A program made the position numbers and the translations under genes. 64,000 nt of DNA from NCBI GenBank assembly GCA_900755005.1, contig CAAEEX010000097.1, positions 14,149 through 78,148 on the forward strand, read 5' to 3'. Under the pieces are notes generated by a model, which saw only the letters and a program-made list of their open reading frames with translations, searched no databases and was not told where the DNA came from. The DNA is from an uncultured Collinsella sp. (lineage in GTDB: Bacteria; Actinomycetota; Coriobacteriia; Coriobacteriales; Coriobacteriaceae). Below are positions 10,709 to 20,235 of this stretch, piece after piece. Within the stretch, counting starts at the first letter, position 1. Each line of letters opens with the position of its first letter.

Positions 10709-11800
10709 TTACTTCTCCTCAATAAGTTTGTCGACCTCGGCCATAAGCGCGTCGACAATTTGATCCTCAGCTACTTTACCAATGATCTGGCCATGCGAAA
10801 AGAGCAGGCCCTGACCTCGTCCACAGGCCACGCCTAGGTCGGCGTCGGAAGCCTCGCCGGGGCCATTAACGGCACACCCCATCACGGCGATCGAAAGCGG
10901 CGCGGAGTAGTTCTTAAGCCGCTCGGTGACCTCCTCGGCAATGGGAATAAGGTTAACCTGGCAGCGAGCGCACGTAGGGCACGAGACAATCTCGGGACCA
11001 CGGCGGCGCAGGCCCAGCGACTGCAGAATACCCCAGGCGACCGGCGGCTCCTCGACCGGATCGGCCGTGAGCGACACACGCATGGTGTCACCGATGCCTT
11101 CGGAAAGCAAGATACCCAAGCCTACAGAGCTCTTGATGGTGCCCTGGAGCTTGGTACCCGCCTCCGTCACGCCCAGGTGAAGCGGAACATGCGGTATCTC
11201 GCGCGACAGAGCGCGATAGGTATCAAGCGTCGTCTGTACGCTATGGGCCTTGGCGGAAAGCACGATGTTGGTAAACCCACGGTCCTCAAAGTGCCGCACA
11301 AAGCGCTCGCTCGACATCACGAGCTTCTCGGGCTGCGTGAGGTCGTCGCGCTCGGCGATATCCTGCTCAAGCGAGCCGGCGTTGACGCCGATGCGAATCG
11401 CACAGCCCGCAGCGCCGGCAGCGTCGATGACGGCATCGACCTTGGCCCAATCGCCAATGTTGCCGGGATTGATGCGGAGCTTGGCGGCACCGGCCTCAAC
11501 GGCACCAATGGCGAGCTTATGGTTAAAGTGGATATCAGCGACAATCGGCACCGGAGACTCGGCACAGATGGTGCGGAAACCCTCAAGCGCGGCCTCGGTG
11601 GGCACGCTCACACGCACGATATCGCAGCCAGCCTGCGCCAACGCGCACACTTGCGCAAGCGTTGCCTGGGCATCAGCGGTATCGGTGCAGGTCATGGATT
11701 GGACCACCACCGGCGCGCCGCCACCGATCTGCACACCGCCCACATGCACGGGGCGCGTCAACTCGCGAGGCAAAGGATGGGATAAAGACAATCCAAACAC
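10709..11800 (-). CDS. ispG: 4-hydroxy-3-methylbut-2-en-1-yl diphosphate synthase (flavodoxin)
   Basis: IGGGAPVVVQSMTCTDT N-terminal motif and a CxxC...C cluster (SCPTCARC). The ORF-track start at 11878 overlaps rseP by 74 nt and adds a nonsense N-terminus. A GTG at 11800 or a TTG at 11791 after AGGGGAG is more plausible. Confidence 0.88.
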   Translation of the reverse strand: MFGLSLSHPLPRELTRPVHVGGVQIGGGAPVVVQSMTCTDTADAQATLAQVCALAQAGCDIVRVSVPTEAALEGFRTICAESPVPIVADIHFNHKLAIGAVEAGAAKLRINPGNIGDWAKVDAVIDAAGAAGCAIRIGVNAGSLEQDIAERDDLTQPEKLVMSSERFVRHFEDRGFTNIVLSAKAHSVQTTLDTYRALSREIPHVPLHLGVTEAGTKLQGTIKSSVGLGILLSEGIGDTMRVSLTADPVEEPPVAWGILQSLGLRRRGPEIVSCPTCARCQVNLIPIAEEVTERLKNYSAPLSIAVMGCAVNGPGEASDADLGVACGRGQGLLFSHGQIIGKVAEDQIVDALMAEVDKLIEEK

Positions 11801-11804
11801 TCCC

Positions 11805-13181
11805 CTACAGAATAAATCGAAGGATGTCGGAACGAAGCATATAGACAAACAGCAGCGCAAAGAGCGCGATGCCCACATAGCTCACAATCGTCTGGACCTT
11901 GAGCGGAAGCTCGCGGCCCGCAATCTTTTGAATGATCTCGATGACCAGCTTGCCGCCATCGAGTGGTGGGATGGGCAGCAGGTTCATAAAGCCAAGCGAG
12001 AACGAAATGAGCGCGGCAAACGACAGGAACGTTACGGGGCCGGCAGCAGCAGCCTGTGAGGACATAACGCTAATACCCACGATCGAAGAAGACTGATCGA
12101 GAATCTCCATCGTATGCTGCGGCTGGAGTAGGCGCATCACGCCATCCGCTGTCTGCACGACATAGGAGAATGACAGACGCGCCGAGGTGATCGGGTCTAA
12201 ACGGACCACCTGCGTAGAGGCATACACACCTAGGCGCTCGTCCTCTTTGAGCGCAACCGTGGTCGAATGCTGCTTGCCGTCACGCTCGTACTCGATGGCG
12301 ATATCGTCCTTACCGGCGGCCTTGCCGATAGCATCGTAAACGTCAATCCAGGTAGAGCACGATACTCCGTCAACCGAAAGAATCGCGTCACCGCCCTCGA
12401 TACCCGCCTTGGCGGCAATAGACCCCTCGTCAACGTGACCGATCACGTTGGTATCCATCGGCACGGTGACACCCGCAATGGAATAGATACTCATAAGGAG
12501 CAAAAAGCCCGTCAAGATATTGACAATAATGCCCGCGAGGAGCATAAAGGCGCGCTTGAGAAAGCCCTGGCCAAGATAGGTGTGCGAACGCTCCTGTGCA
12601 AGGAACTCGGCCTCGCCGCACGGCAGCTCCCACACATCGCCCTCGGCAGTTGAATGTTCGCGATCGAAACGGCGGCCGTCAAAGGTGGTGTAACCCGCCG
12701 CATCTCGCGGCAGCGTCTGATACTTGGTGGGATAGTAGCTCGGCGAGGGCTTCTCCCCTTCCTCATACCAGGGTGCGATGGAACCCCAGCCCAGCAACAG
12801 GGCGCATGCCTCGAGCACATCCTCCTCGGAAAGCTCAAGCTCGACAGCAAGGTCGGCCACGGTCACGCGACCATGACGATAGATAGCCGCGAGCACGCGA
12901 TCGGCACACGAGACGTCGGTCGGATCCATACCGCAGATGGCAGCGTAGCCACCCAGCAGCAGCGGCGTCACGCCAAACTTGGTGCCGATACGACGCGACG
13001 TGTAATGGATGTCAAAGCGGCACGGCAGGCCCAAAAAGAACTCGGTCACACGGACGCCGCAGGCACGCGCCGCCAAAAAGTGGCCGCCCTCGTGCAAAAA
13101 CACGAGGACGGAAAGCATCAGCAGGCCCCAAAAGACCGATGAGAGAACGCTCAGAACAGTATCCATAAATCGAAAAAGCAA
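11805..13181 (-). CDS. rseP: RIP metalloprotease RseP (site-2 protease, M50) with a large cytoplasmic insertion
   Basis: HEGGH zinc motif, a PDZ domain (GDAILSVDG), and a C-terminal LDGG motif. There is a roughly 130-aa insertion between the HExxH helix and the next TM. Confidence 0.88.
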   Translation of the reverse strand: MLFRFMDTVLSVLSSVFWGLLMLSVLVFLHEGGHFLAARACGVRVTEFFLGLPCRFDIHYTSRRIGTKFGVTPLLLGGYAAICGMDPTDVSCADRVLAAIYRHGRVTVADLAVELELSEEDVLEACALLLGWGSIAPWYEEGEKPSPSYYPTKYQTLPRDAAGYTTFDGRRFDREHSTAEGDVWELPCGEAEFLAQERSHTYLGQGFLKRAFMLLAGIIVNILTGFLLLMSIYSIAGVTVPMDTNVIGHVDEGSIAAKAGIEGGDAILSVDGVSCSTWIDVYDAIGKAAGKDDIAIEYERDGKQHSTTVALKEDERLGVYASTQVVRLDPITSARLSFSYVVQTADGVMRLLQPQHTMEILDQSSSIVGISVMSSQAAAAGPVTFLSFAALISFSLGFMNLLPIPPLDGGKLVIEIIQKIAGRELPLKVQTIVSYVGIALFALLFVYMLRSDILRFIL

Positions 13182-13191
13182 TCCTTATGGG

Positions 13192-14379
13192 TTAGGAACG
13201 GGTTGCGGCGAGTACCTGCGCAGCCTTTTCACGCGCCCACGCATCGATGTCGCGAAGCTGCTCAAACGAATCGACAGCCTGCATATCGTGGGCATCCATG
13301 CAAGATTCCACAATGCGGTCGATATCGGTAAAGCTGCAGCCATCGTGCAGGAAGGCATCGACGGCGACCTCGTTGGCGGCATTGAGCACGCACGGCATGG
13401 TGCCACCCGTCTTGCCGGCACGCTCGGCCAGTGCCAGACAGCGGAAGGTATCCATGTCGGCAGCATCAAACGTGAGCTGTCCCAGCTCGCGAAAATCGAT
13501 ACGAGGCGCGGGGGTATCCCAACGCTCGGGATACGAGAACGCGAACTGGATGGGAATACGCATGTCGGAAGCACCGAGATGCGCCATCACAGAGCCGTCG
13601 GCGAACTCGACCATAGAGTGAATCTTGGACTGATGCTGCACGACCACGTTAATGAAATCGAGATCGCAGTTAAACAGATGCATGGCCTCAATGCGCTCCA
13701 GGCCCTTGTTCATGAGGGTGGCGGAGTCGATGGTGATCTTGGCACCCATGGCCCACGTGGGATGTGCGAGGGCATCGGCACGCGTCACGCGATTGAGCTC
13801 GTCGCGCGTGCGGCCAAAGAACGGACCGCCCGAGCAGGTGAGCCAAATACAATGAGCCTCGCGTGGGTTCTCCCCCAGATAGCACTGGTAGATAGCGGAG
13901 TGCTCAGAGTCGACTGGAATAAGCTGGCCCGGTTGCGCCAACGGCATAAGCAAGTCGCCACCGACGACGAGGGACTCCTTGTTGGCAAGGGCAAGACGCT
14001 TATTCGAGGTCAAGGCCGCATGGCTCGCCTCGAGACCGGCGGCGCCCACAATAGCGACGAGCACGCAGTCGACATCGTCGCGACGCGCGAGCTCGCAAAC
14101 CGCTTGCGCGCCAACGCCGAGCTTCGTTCCCTCGGGCAGCTCCTGCAGCACGGCGTCATCGCCATGAGCGACATCGGCCACGGCAACCGCCGGAACCGAG
14201 AACTCACGGGCAGCGGCAACGAGCTCGGAGGTACTGGAGTTAACGGACAGCGCCGTCACCTGCAGGCGATCGGCATGCTGGCGGCACACATCGAGCGCCT
14301 GGGTGCCGATGGAGCCCGTACAACCCAGGATGGCAACACGGAGGCGTCCATCGGGGCCATACGTCGTTTGGAAGGACAT
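13192..14379 (-). CDS. dxr: 1-deoxy-D-xylulose 5-phosphate reductoisomerase
   Basis: 395 aa. N-terminal NADPH-binding motif ILGCTGSIGTQALDV and full-length Dxr similarity. Confidence 0.93.
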   Translation of the reverse strand: MSFQTTYGPDGRLRVAILGCTGSIGTQALDVCRQHADRLQVTALSVNSSTSELVAAAREFSVPAVAVADVAHGDDAVLQELPEGTKLGVGAQAVCELARRDDVDCVLVAIVGAAGLEASHAALTSNKRLALANKESLVVGGDLLMPLAQPGQLIPVDSEHSAIYQCYLGENPREAHCIWLTCSGGPFFGRTRDELNRVTRADALAHPTWAMGAKITIDSATLMNKGLERIEAMHLFNCDLDFINVVVQHQSKIHSMVEFADGSVMAHLGASDMRIPIQFAFSYPERWDTPAPRIDFRELGQLTFDAADMDTFRCLALAERAGKTGGTMPCVLNAANEVAVDAFLHDGCSFTDIDRIVESCMDAHDMQAVDSFEQLRDIDAWAREKAAQVLAATRS

Positions 14380-15278
14380 TACAGCACGCCTCCGATCATC
14401 AAAAGCAGCTGAGCGGTAATGCAGCCAAAGATAAGCGAGTCGCTACGGTCGAGCATGCCGCCATGGCCCGGGATAAGGTTGCCGGAATCCTTGACGCCCA
14501 CGCCACGCTTGATGCGCGACTCGATAAGGTCGCCGATAACGCCCAGGACGGACACGACCACGCCGCACAGCAGCGCATAGGGCAGGCTGAGCTTGTAGAA
14601 GTGCGTCGCCCACAGGATGAGCCAAATCAAAACCGAGCCCAGGATGCCGCCGACAAACCCCTCCCAGCTCTTTTTGGGAGAAATCTTGGGAACCATCTTG
14701 TGCTTGCCGATACGGCTACCCACGATGTAGGCAAACGAATCGGAGACCCAAAGGGACGCGCAAACGCCCACCGAAAGCAGGGCGCCGGCAAAACCGGGCA
14801 CGGCATCGCGCAGCAGCACGATAGCCGACAGCATAAAGCCAGTGTAGATGGGACCCATGAGCGTCACGGCCACATCAGAGATGCGGGTACGCGGCGACCA
14901 GACATACCAAATGCCCACAGCGAGCATCAAGGCAAAAAGCAGGGCATTCAGCAACATCGAATCGCCCAACGCCGACAGCGGAAAGAGTACGGCGGCAGCG
15001 ATACCCATGCGCTCGTTAGCCATCTTGCCATCGAGCCTTGTCATACGGAAAAACTCATAGCAGCACAGACCGCTCATGACAGAAACAAAGATAGCCGTGG
15101 GCACGATACCCAAAACCAGGCACAGGATAAAGACAACGGCGTAGACGATACCGGCGGCGGCACGGGTAATAAAGCCCGCAAGCCACGAACCGGTGCCGCC
15201 CTTCGCTGCAGGCGCTCCCACAGCGGCAGCTTTGCGCGCAGGCGTCTTGGGAGCAGATGCCTTGGGACGATCGGACAC
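14379..15278 (-). CDS. cdsA: phosphatidate cytidylyltransferase
   Basis: Polytopic membrane protein. CTP-transferase signature KISPKKSWEGFVGG. Confidence 0.85.
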   Translation of the reverse strand: MSDRPKASAPKTPARKAAAVGAPAAKGGTGSWLAGFITRAAAGIVYAVVFILCLVLGIVPTAIFVSVMSGLCCYEFFRMTRLDGKMANERMGIAAAVLFPLSALGDSMLLNALLFALMLAVGIWYVWSPRTRISDVAVTLMGPIYTGFMLSAIVLLRDAVPGFAGALLSVGVCASLWVSDSFAYIVGSRIGKHKMVPKISPKKSWEGFVGGILGSVLIWLILWATHFYKLSLPYALLCGVVVSVLGVIGDLIESRIKRGVGVKDSGNLIPGHGGMLDRSDSLIFGCITAQLLLMIGGVL

Positions 15279-15280
15279 GA

Positions 15281-16075
15281 TTAAGCCTCCTCGGTCTTGC
15301 TCAGTCCACCAAACCTACGATCACGGCCCTGATAGGCCAAAATGGCGTCGACAAGGCCCCAACGATCAAAGTCGGGCCAATAGGTATCGGTGACGTAGAA
15401 CTCGGAATAAGCCACCTGCCACAGCAGATAGTTCGAAAGACGCAGCTCACCAGAAGTGCGAATCACAAGCTCAGGATCGGGAAGGCCGGCGGTATAGAGG
15501 TGGGAAGCCACCATGTCGTCATCAATTGCGCCAGGATCGATCTTACCGGCGGCAGCGTCGAGTGCGATCTGACGGACAGCACGGGTAATCTCGGCACGCG
15601 CGCCGTAGTTGACGGCAAGCGCCAGCGTCATGCCGGTGTGATCGGCGCACTCGGCAAGACCGCGTTCAAAAACGTCGCGGGTCTTCTTGGGCAGCGCGGA
15701 AATGTCACCCAAAAAGACAACGCGCACGTTTTCGCGCTTCAGAAGAGGCAGCTCGTCGATAAACGTCTTGGCAAACAGATGCATCAAGACGTTGACCTCA
15801 TGCTGCGGACGGTTCCAGTTTTCGGTAGAAAACGCATAGGCAGAAAGCACGTCGACGCCCAGGCGCACGCAGGCGGTAATGATCTCGCGAAGGGAGACGA
15901 TACCCGCCTTGTGGCCCTCAGTGCGCGCAAGACCGCGCGACGTGGCCCAACGACCGTTGCCGTCCATGATGCACGAGATATGGTGCGGAATGTTATTGAG
16001 GTCAAGGTCGGAAAAACCGACGCCCGCAGGGGCGTCGGCAAAGTACTCGACCAGTTTATGCTCGTCGTATTGCAC
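15281..16075 (-). CDS. uppS: isoprenyl transferase / undecaprenyl-diphosphate synthase
   Basis: Motif IMDGNGRWA and ELRLSNYLLWQ. Confidence 0.92.
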   Translation of the reverse strand: MQYDEHKLVEYFADAPAGVGFSDLDLNNIPHHISCIMDGNGRWATSRGLARTEGHKAGIVSLREIITACVRLGVDVLSAYAFSTENWNRPQHEVNVLMHLFAKTFIDELPLLKRENVRVVFLGDISALPKKTRDVFERGLAECADHTGMTLALAVNYGARAEITRAVRQIALDAAAGKIDPGAIDDDMVASHLYTAGLPDPELVIRTSGELRLSNYLLWQVAYSEFYVTDTYWPDFDRWGLVDAILAYQGRDRRFGGLSKTEEA

Positions 16076-16076
16076 C

Positions 16077-16613
16077 TTAGATCTCCATGACCTCGGCTTC
16101 TTTTTCCTTCAGAAGCTCCTCGACCTTGGCGACATACTCATCGGTGTGCTTCTGGACCTTGGCCTGCTCGCGACGGACATCGTCCTCGGTGAGCTCCTCA
16201 TCGCGCTCGAGCTTGTTGTTAAAGTCGCGACGGATGTTACGGATAGACACCTTGGCCTGCTCGGCGTACTCGCGGCACTCCTTGACGAGCTCGCGACGGC
16301 GCTCCTCAGTGGGAGCCGGGAACGGAAGACGAACGACGGTGCCATCGGAGTTGGGGGTAATACCCAGATCGGAAGCGCCGATGGCCTTGACGATAGCGTT
16401 GATGAGGGCCTTGTCCCACGGCTCGATGAGCAGCATGTGAGCCTCGGGGGTCTTGACGGCGGCAACCTGCGTGACCGGCGTGGGGACACCGTAATAATCG
16501 ACGGTGATGTCGGACAGAATGTTGGCGTTGGCGCGACCGGTACGGACCTTGGAGAAGTTATGCTTGAGGGACTCGAGCGACTTGTTCATATGGGCGGTGA
16601 TGTTCTCTGCCAT
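16077..16613 (-). CDS. frr: ribosome recycling factor
   Basis: 178 aa. Full-length RRF similarity (VRTGRANANILS, RNIRRD). Confidence 0.93.
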   Translation of the reverse strand: MAENITAHMNKSLESLKHNFSKVRTGRANANILSDITVDYYGVPTPVTQVAAVKTPEAHMLLIEPWDKALINAIVKAIGASDLGITPNSDGTVVRLPFPAPTEERRRELVKECREYAEQAKVSIRNIRRDFNNKLERDEELTEDDVRREQAKVQKHTDEYVAKVEELLKEKEAEVMEI

Positions 16614-16615
16614 GC

Positions 16616-17338
16616 TTAATCCTCCTGATAGACGAGCGTGCCGACGGGCTCACCCGCGAGCGCGCGTTTGACGGTGTCCTCGCCATCGATGTTGAGGACC
16701 AAAATAGGCATACGGTTATCCTGGCACAGGGCCGTAGCTGTGGAATCCATAACCTGCAGGCCGCGAACGAGAACCTCGTGATAGGCAATCTTGTCAAAAC
16801 GGACGGCATCGGCGCACTTGACGGGATCCTTGTCGTAGATGCCGTCAACCTTGGTGGCCTTGATCAGAATCTCGGCGCCGATCTCGCACGCACGAAGAGC
16901 CGCGGCGGTGTCGGTCGTAAAGTACGGATTACCCGAACCGGCGGCAAAAATAACAACGTTGCCCTTGGAAAGGTGGTTGATAGCGCGACGGCGAATATAG
17001 GGCTCGCAGATCTCGTTCATCTGGATAGCGCTCATCACGCGGCAGGGAACATCGTTATGCTCGAAGGCATCCTGCAGGGCGAGCGCGTTCATAACGGTTG
17101 CCAGCATGCCCATGTAGTCGGCCTGAGCACGCTCCATGCCACCGGCAGCGCCTGCCATGCCGCGGAAAATATTGCCGCCGCCGACAACGACGCCGACCTC
17201 ATGGCCAACGGCGAGCAGCTCCTTGACCTGCTTGGCAAGATGGTCGGTAACCTTGGGGTCAATGCCATATTGGCCGTCGCCCATCAGTGCTTCGCCGGAA
17301 AGCTTAAGAAGCACGCGTTTATATCGGATGTCGGACAA
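16616..17338 (-). CDS. pyrH: UMP kinase
   Basis: [12 protein letters not shown]-terminal motif, [10 protein letters not shown]. Confidence 0.93.
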   Translation of the reverse strand: MSDIRYKRVLLKLSGEALMGDGQYGIDPKVTDHLAKQVKELLAVGHEVGVVVGGGNIFRGMAGAAGGMERAQADYMGMLATVMNALALQDAFEHNDVPCRVMSAIQMNEICEPYIRRRAINHLSKGNVVIFAAGSGNPYFTTDTAAALRACEIGAEILIKATKVDGIYDKDPVKCADAVRFDKIAYHEVLVRGLQVMDSTATALCQDNRMPILVLNIDGEDTVKRALAGEPVGTLVYQED

Positions 17339-17455
17339 AGCGATCCTCCTTTAATTAGACTCTCAATATGATATCAAAGGCTCTGATAAGAGCCATGAAA
17401 AAGCAGGCTGTGAGTAAAACCCACAGCCTGCTCATTACCAGCTACAAGAGCTTAT

Positions 17456-18340
17456 TTACTCGCCACGGACCAGACGGTCAAAGGCAACGACGGTAATGGT
17501 GTCGCCGAGCTCCTTGGAGACCTGCTCAGCGTACTTCTTGATGGTGAGGGAGCTGTCCTTGATGAACTCCTGCTCGGTGAGCACGGACTGCTTGTAGAAC
17601 TTCTCCAGACGACCAACAGCCATCTTCTCCTGGATAGCCTCGGGCTTGCCGGACTCGGCAGCCTGGGCCATGTAGATCTGCTTCTCGTGCTCGACGGTCT
17701 CGGCCGGAACCTGATCGCGGGTGGCGCAGATCGGTGCGACGGCGGCAACCTGAAGGGCAACGTCGTGAGCGAAGGTCTTGAAGGACTCAGCCTGAGCGGT
17801 CTCGGCCTTCTCGAAGGCGAACTCGACGAGGACGCCGATCTTACCACCCATGTGGATGTAAGAAGCGAGCGCGCCGTTCTCGGCCTTGCGGGCAGCGAAG
17901 CGGGAGATCTTCATGTTCTCGCCCATGATGTGAATCATCTCGGTGAGCTCGGAGGAAACGGTCTCCTCGCCCATCGGCTTCTCGAGCAGAGCGTCGACGT
18001 CAGCAGGCTCGGTGGTAGCGACAACCTCAGCGACCTTGGAAGCAAAGCCAGTGAACTTGGCGTTGGAGCCAACGAAGTCGGTCTCGCAGGAGAGCTCAAG
18101 CAGAGCGCCGGTCTTGCCATCCTCGGAGACGAACGCGGCTACAGCGCCCTCGTTGGTCTCGCGGCCAGCCTTCTTAGCAGCCTTGGCGAGGCCGTTCTTG
18201 CGCAGAACGTCGACAGCGGCGTCCATGTCGCCGTCAGCCTCGACGAGAGCCTTCTTGCACTCCATCATCGGGGAGTCGGTCATCTCGCGGAGCTGCTTGA
18301 CCATAGCGGCGGTAATCTGGGCCATTGTGGTTCCTTTCAA
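17456..18340 (-). CDS. tsf: elongation factor Ts
   Basis: ITAAMVKQLREMTDSPMMECKKAL UBA-like N-terminus. The likely start is MAQ at 18325. Confidence 0.93.
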   Translation of the reverse strand: MKGTTMAQITAAMVKQLREMTDSPMMECKKALVEADGDMDAAVDVLRKNGLAKAAKKAGRETNEGAVAAFVSEDGKTGALLELSCETDFVGSNAKFTGFASKVAEVVATTEPADVDALLEKPMGEETVSSELTEMIHIMGENMKISRFAARKAENGALASYIHMGGKIGVLVEFAFEKAETAQAESFKTFAHDVALQVAAVAPICATRDQVPAETVEHEKQIYMAQAAESGKPEAIQEKMAVGRLEKFYKQSVLTEQEFIKDSSLTIKKYAEQVSKELGDTITVVAFDRLVRGE

Positions 18341-18370
18341 AGAGATGAAAAAGAATTAACTAAGACTGAT

Positions 18371-19099
18371 TTACTCGGCCTTGGGCTCAGCGGCCATCTC
18401 GGCCTCGGAGACCTGCTCCTTACCGGAGCCAGCGAGGCAGGCGTCAGCCATGAGCTCGCACATAAGGGTGACAGCGGAGATAGCGTCATCGTTGCAGGGG
18501 ATGCCGTACTCGACCTCGTCGGGATCGGAGTTGGTGTCGATCAGAGCGACGACGGGGATGTTCAGGCGCTGAGCCTCCTTGATGGCGTTCTCCTCGCGCT
18601 TAGTGTCGATGACGAAGAGAGCCTGGGGCAGACCCTTCATGTCGCGGGCGCCACCGAGGTTGGTCTGGAGCTTGGTGAGCTCCTTACCGAGAACAGCCTG
18701 CTCCTTCTTGGGGAGCACTGCCATGCGGCCGTCCTCGACCATGGCCTCGAGCTCCTCCATGCGGTTGATGCGGGAGCGGATGGTGACGAAGTTGGTCAGC
18801 ATACCGCCGAGCCAACGCTGGTTGATGTAAGGCATGTTGGCGCGCTCAGCAGCGTTCTTGACGGCCTCCTGAGCCTGCTTCTTGGTGCCGACGAACAGCA
18901 CATTGCCACCCTTGGCGACGTTCTTGACGAAAGTGTAGGCCTGGTCGGCGTCGAGGATGGTCTGCTTGAGGTCAAGGATGTAGATGCCGTTGCGCTCACC
19001 GAAGATGAACGGCTTCATCTTGGGGTTCCAACGACGGGTCTGGTGGCCGAAGTGGCAGCCGGCCTCGAGCAGGGTGCGGATATTAATCTTGGTAGCCAT
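18371..19099 (-). CDS. rpsB: 30S ribosomal protein S2
   Basis: [35 protein letters not shown]. Confidence 0.95.
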   Translation of the reverse strand: MATKINIRTLLEAGCHFGHQTRRWNPKMKPFIFGERNGIYILDLKQTILDADQAYTFVKNVAKGGNVLFVGTKKQAQEAVKNAAERANMPYINQRWLGGMLTNFVTIRSRINRMEELEAMVEDGRMAVLPKKEQAVLGKELTKLQTNLGGARDMKGLPQALFVIDTKREENAIKEAQRLNIPVVALIDTNSDPDEVEYGIPCNDDAISAVTLMCELMADACLAGSGKEQVSEAEMAAEPKAE

Positions 19100-19318
19100 G
19101 TTAAACCTCCTGTGGTTTGCCTCCGCGCGGGGTCATCCTCCAAAACCAACCCGGACATGTGCTACCAAAGCCCGGGCACCACGGTATGAAGTAGCCGCGC
19201 GTGCGTGATAAAAACCTGTTGCCGTGAAGCAACCCGATGAATGATAGCAGGAATGCATCCTCCTGCCAACCCGCAATCAAAACCACACACCTGAGCGCGG
19301 CGCGGGACGTCCCAGCCA

Positions 19319-20161
19319 CTATTCGCCGCGGGGATGGGCTTGAGCCACAGCCCGCTTAAGCCGATCGGGTGTGAGATGCGTGTAGATCTGCGTCGTGGAC
19401 AGGCTCGCATGACCTAGCAGCTCTTGAACCGAGCGCAGGTCCGCGCCGCCCTCGAGCAAGTCGGTCGCAAAGGTATGGCGCATCGCATGCGGGGCGATGT
19501 CGGCCGGAATGCCGGCGAGCGTCGCCAGCATATGAAACCGCCGCCTGAGCATGGCGGCACTCATGCGATTACCGCGCGCCGATATAAGCAGCGGATGCGG
19601 CCCGGTAGCGGGGTCACGACGCTTTGCCTGAGCGAGCAACTCCGGCCTCCCCTCCTCAATATAGAGACGCGTCGCCTCGAGCGCACGACGATACAGAGGG
19701 ACGATACGTTCTTTGCCCCCCTTGCCCCACAGGCGCAGCGTGCGTTCGGACCACGCAATGGACTCCACATTGAGTGCTGCGAGCTCAGAGATACGGGCGC
19801 CCGAGGCATAGAGCAGCTCGAGCATCGCCGCATCGCGCAGTCCCGCGGGTGTTGAGGTATCAGGCGTCTTGAGCAGCGCCTCCACCTGTTGGGTCGTCAG
19901 CACACCGGGTAGATCGCGCGGGAGCTTGGGCGAGGAAATTGCCGAGACCACATCGCCCTCCACGACCCCCTCGGCAGCCATCCATCGATAGAGCGATCGG
20001 ATAGCCGACAGATGCGCCGCAAGCGTTCGGGGAGCCACCTGCTCACGCGAAAGCTCGGCAAGATAGCGGCGAATGGTGCGCACGTCGGCAGCGAAAGCAT
20101 CGATATCCTCGCGCTCGCACCAGGCAGCAAAGCGCTCCAGCCTCGAGCCGTAGGCCGTCAC
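19319..20161 (-). CDS. xerC: tyrosine recombinase XerC/XerD (CodV-like; follows trmFO as in Bacillus gid-codV)
   Basis: C-terminal catalytic motifs: HAMRHTFAT, ELLGHASLSTTQIYTHL with Tyr. The annotated GTG start at 20161 truncates the conserved N-terminal helix. An in-frame sequence encoding AFDLYDTVDSFIAYISRVEGLSPNTV continues upstream to 20239 without an ATG/GTG/TTG codon. Confidence 0.85.
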   Translation of the reverse strand: MTAYGSRLERFAAWCEREDIDAFAADVRTIRRYLAELSREQVAPRTLAAHLSAIRSLYRWMAAEGVVEGDVVSAISSPKLPRDLPGVLTTQQVEALLKTPDTSTPAGLRDAAMLELLYASGARISELAALNVESIAWSERTLRLWGKGGKERIVPLYRRALEATRLYIEEGRPELLAQAKRRDPATGPHPLLISARGNRMSAAMLRRRFHMLATLAGIPADIAPHAMRHTFATDLLEGGADLRSVQELLGHASLSTTQIYTHLTPDRLKRAVAQAHPRGE

Positions 20162-20235
20162 CGTGTTGGGAGAAAGTCCCTCGACACGTGAGATATAGGC
20201 GATAAACGAGTCGACGGTGTCGTACAGGTCAAAGG

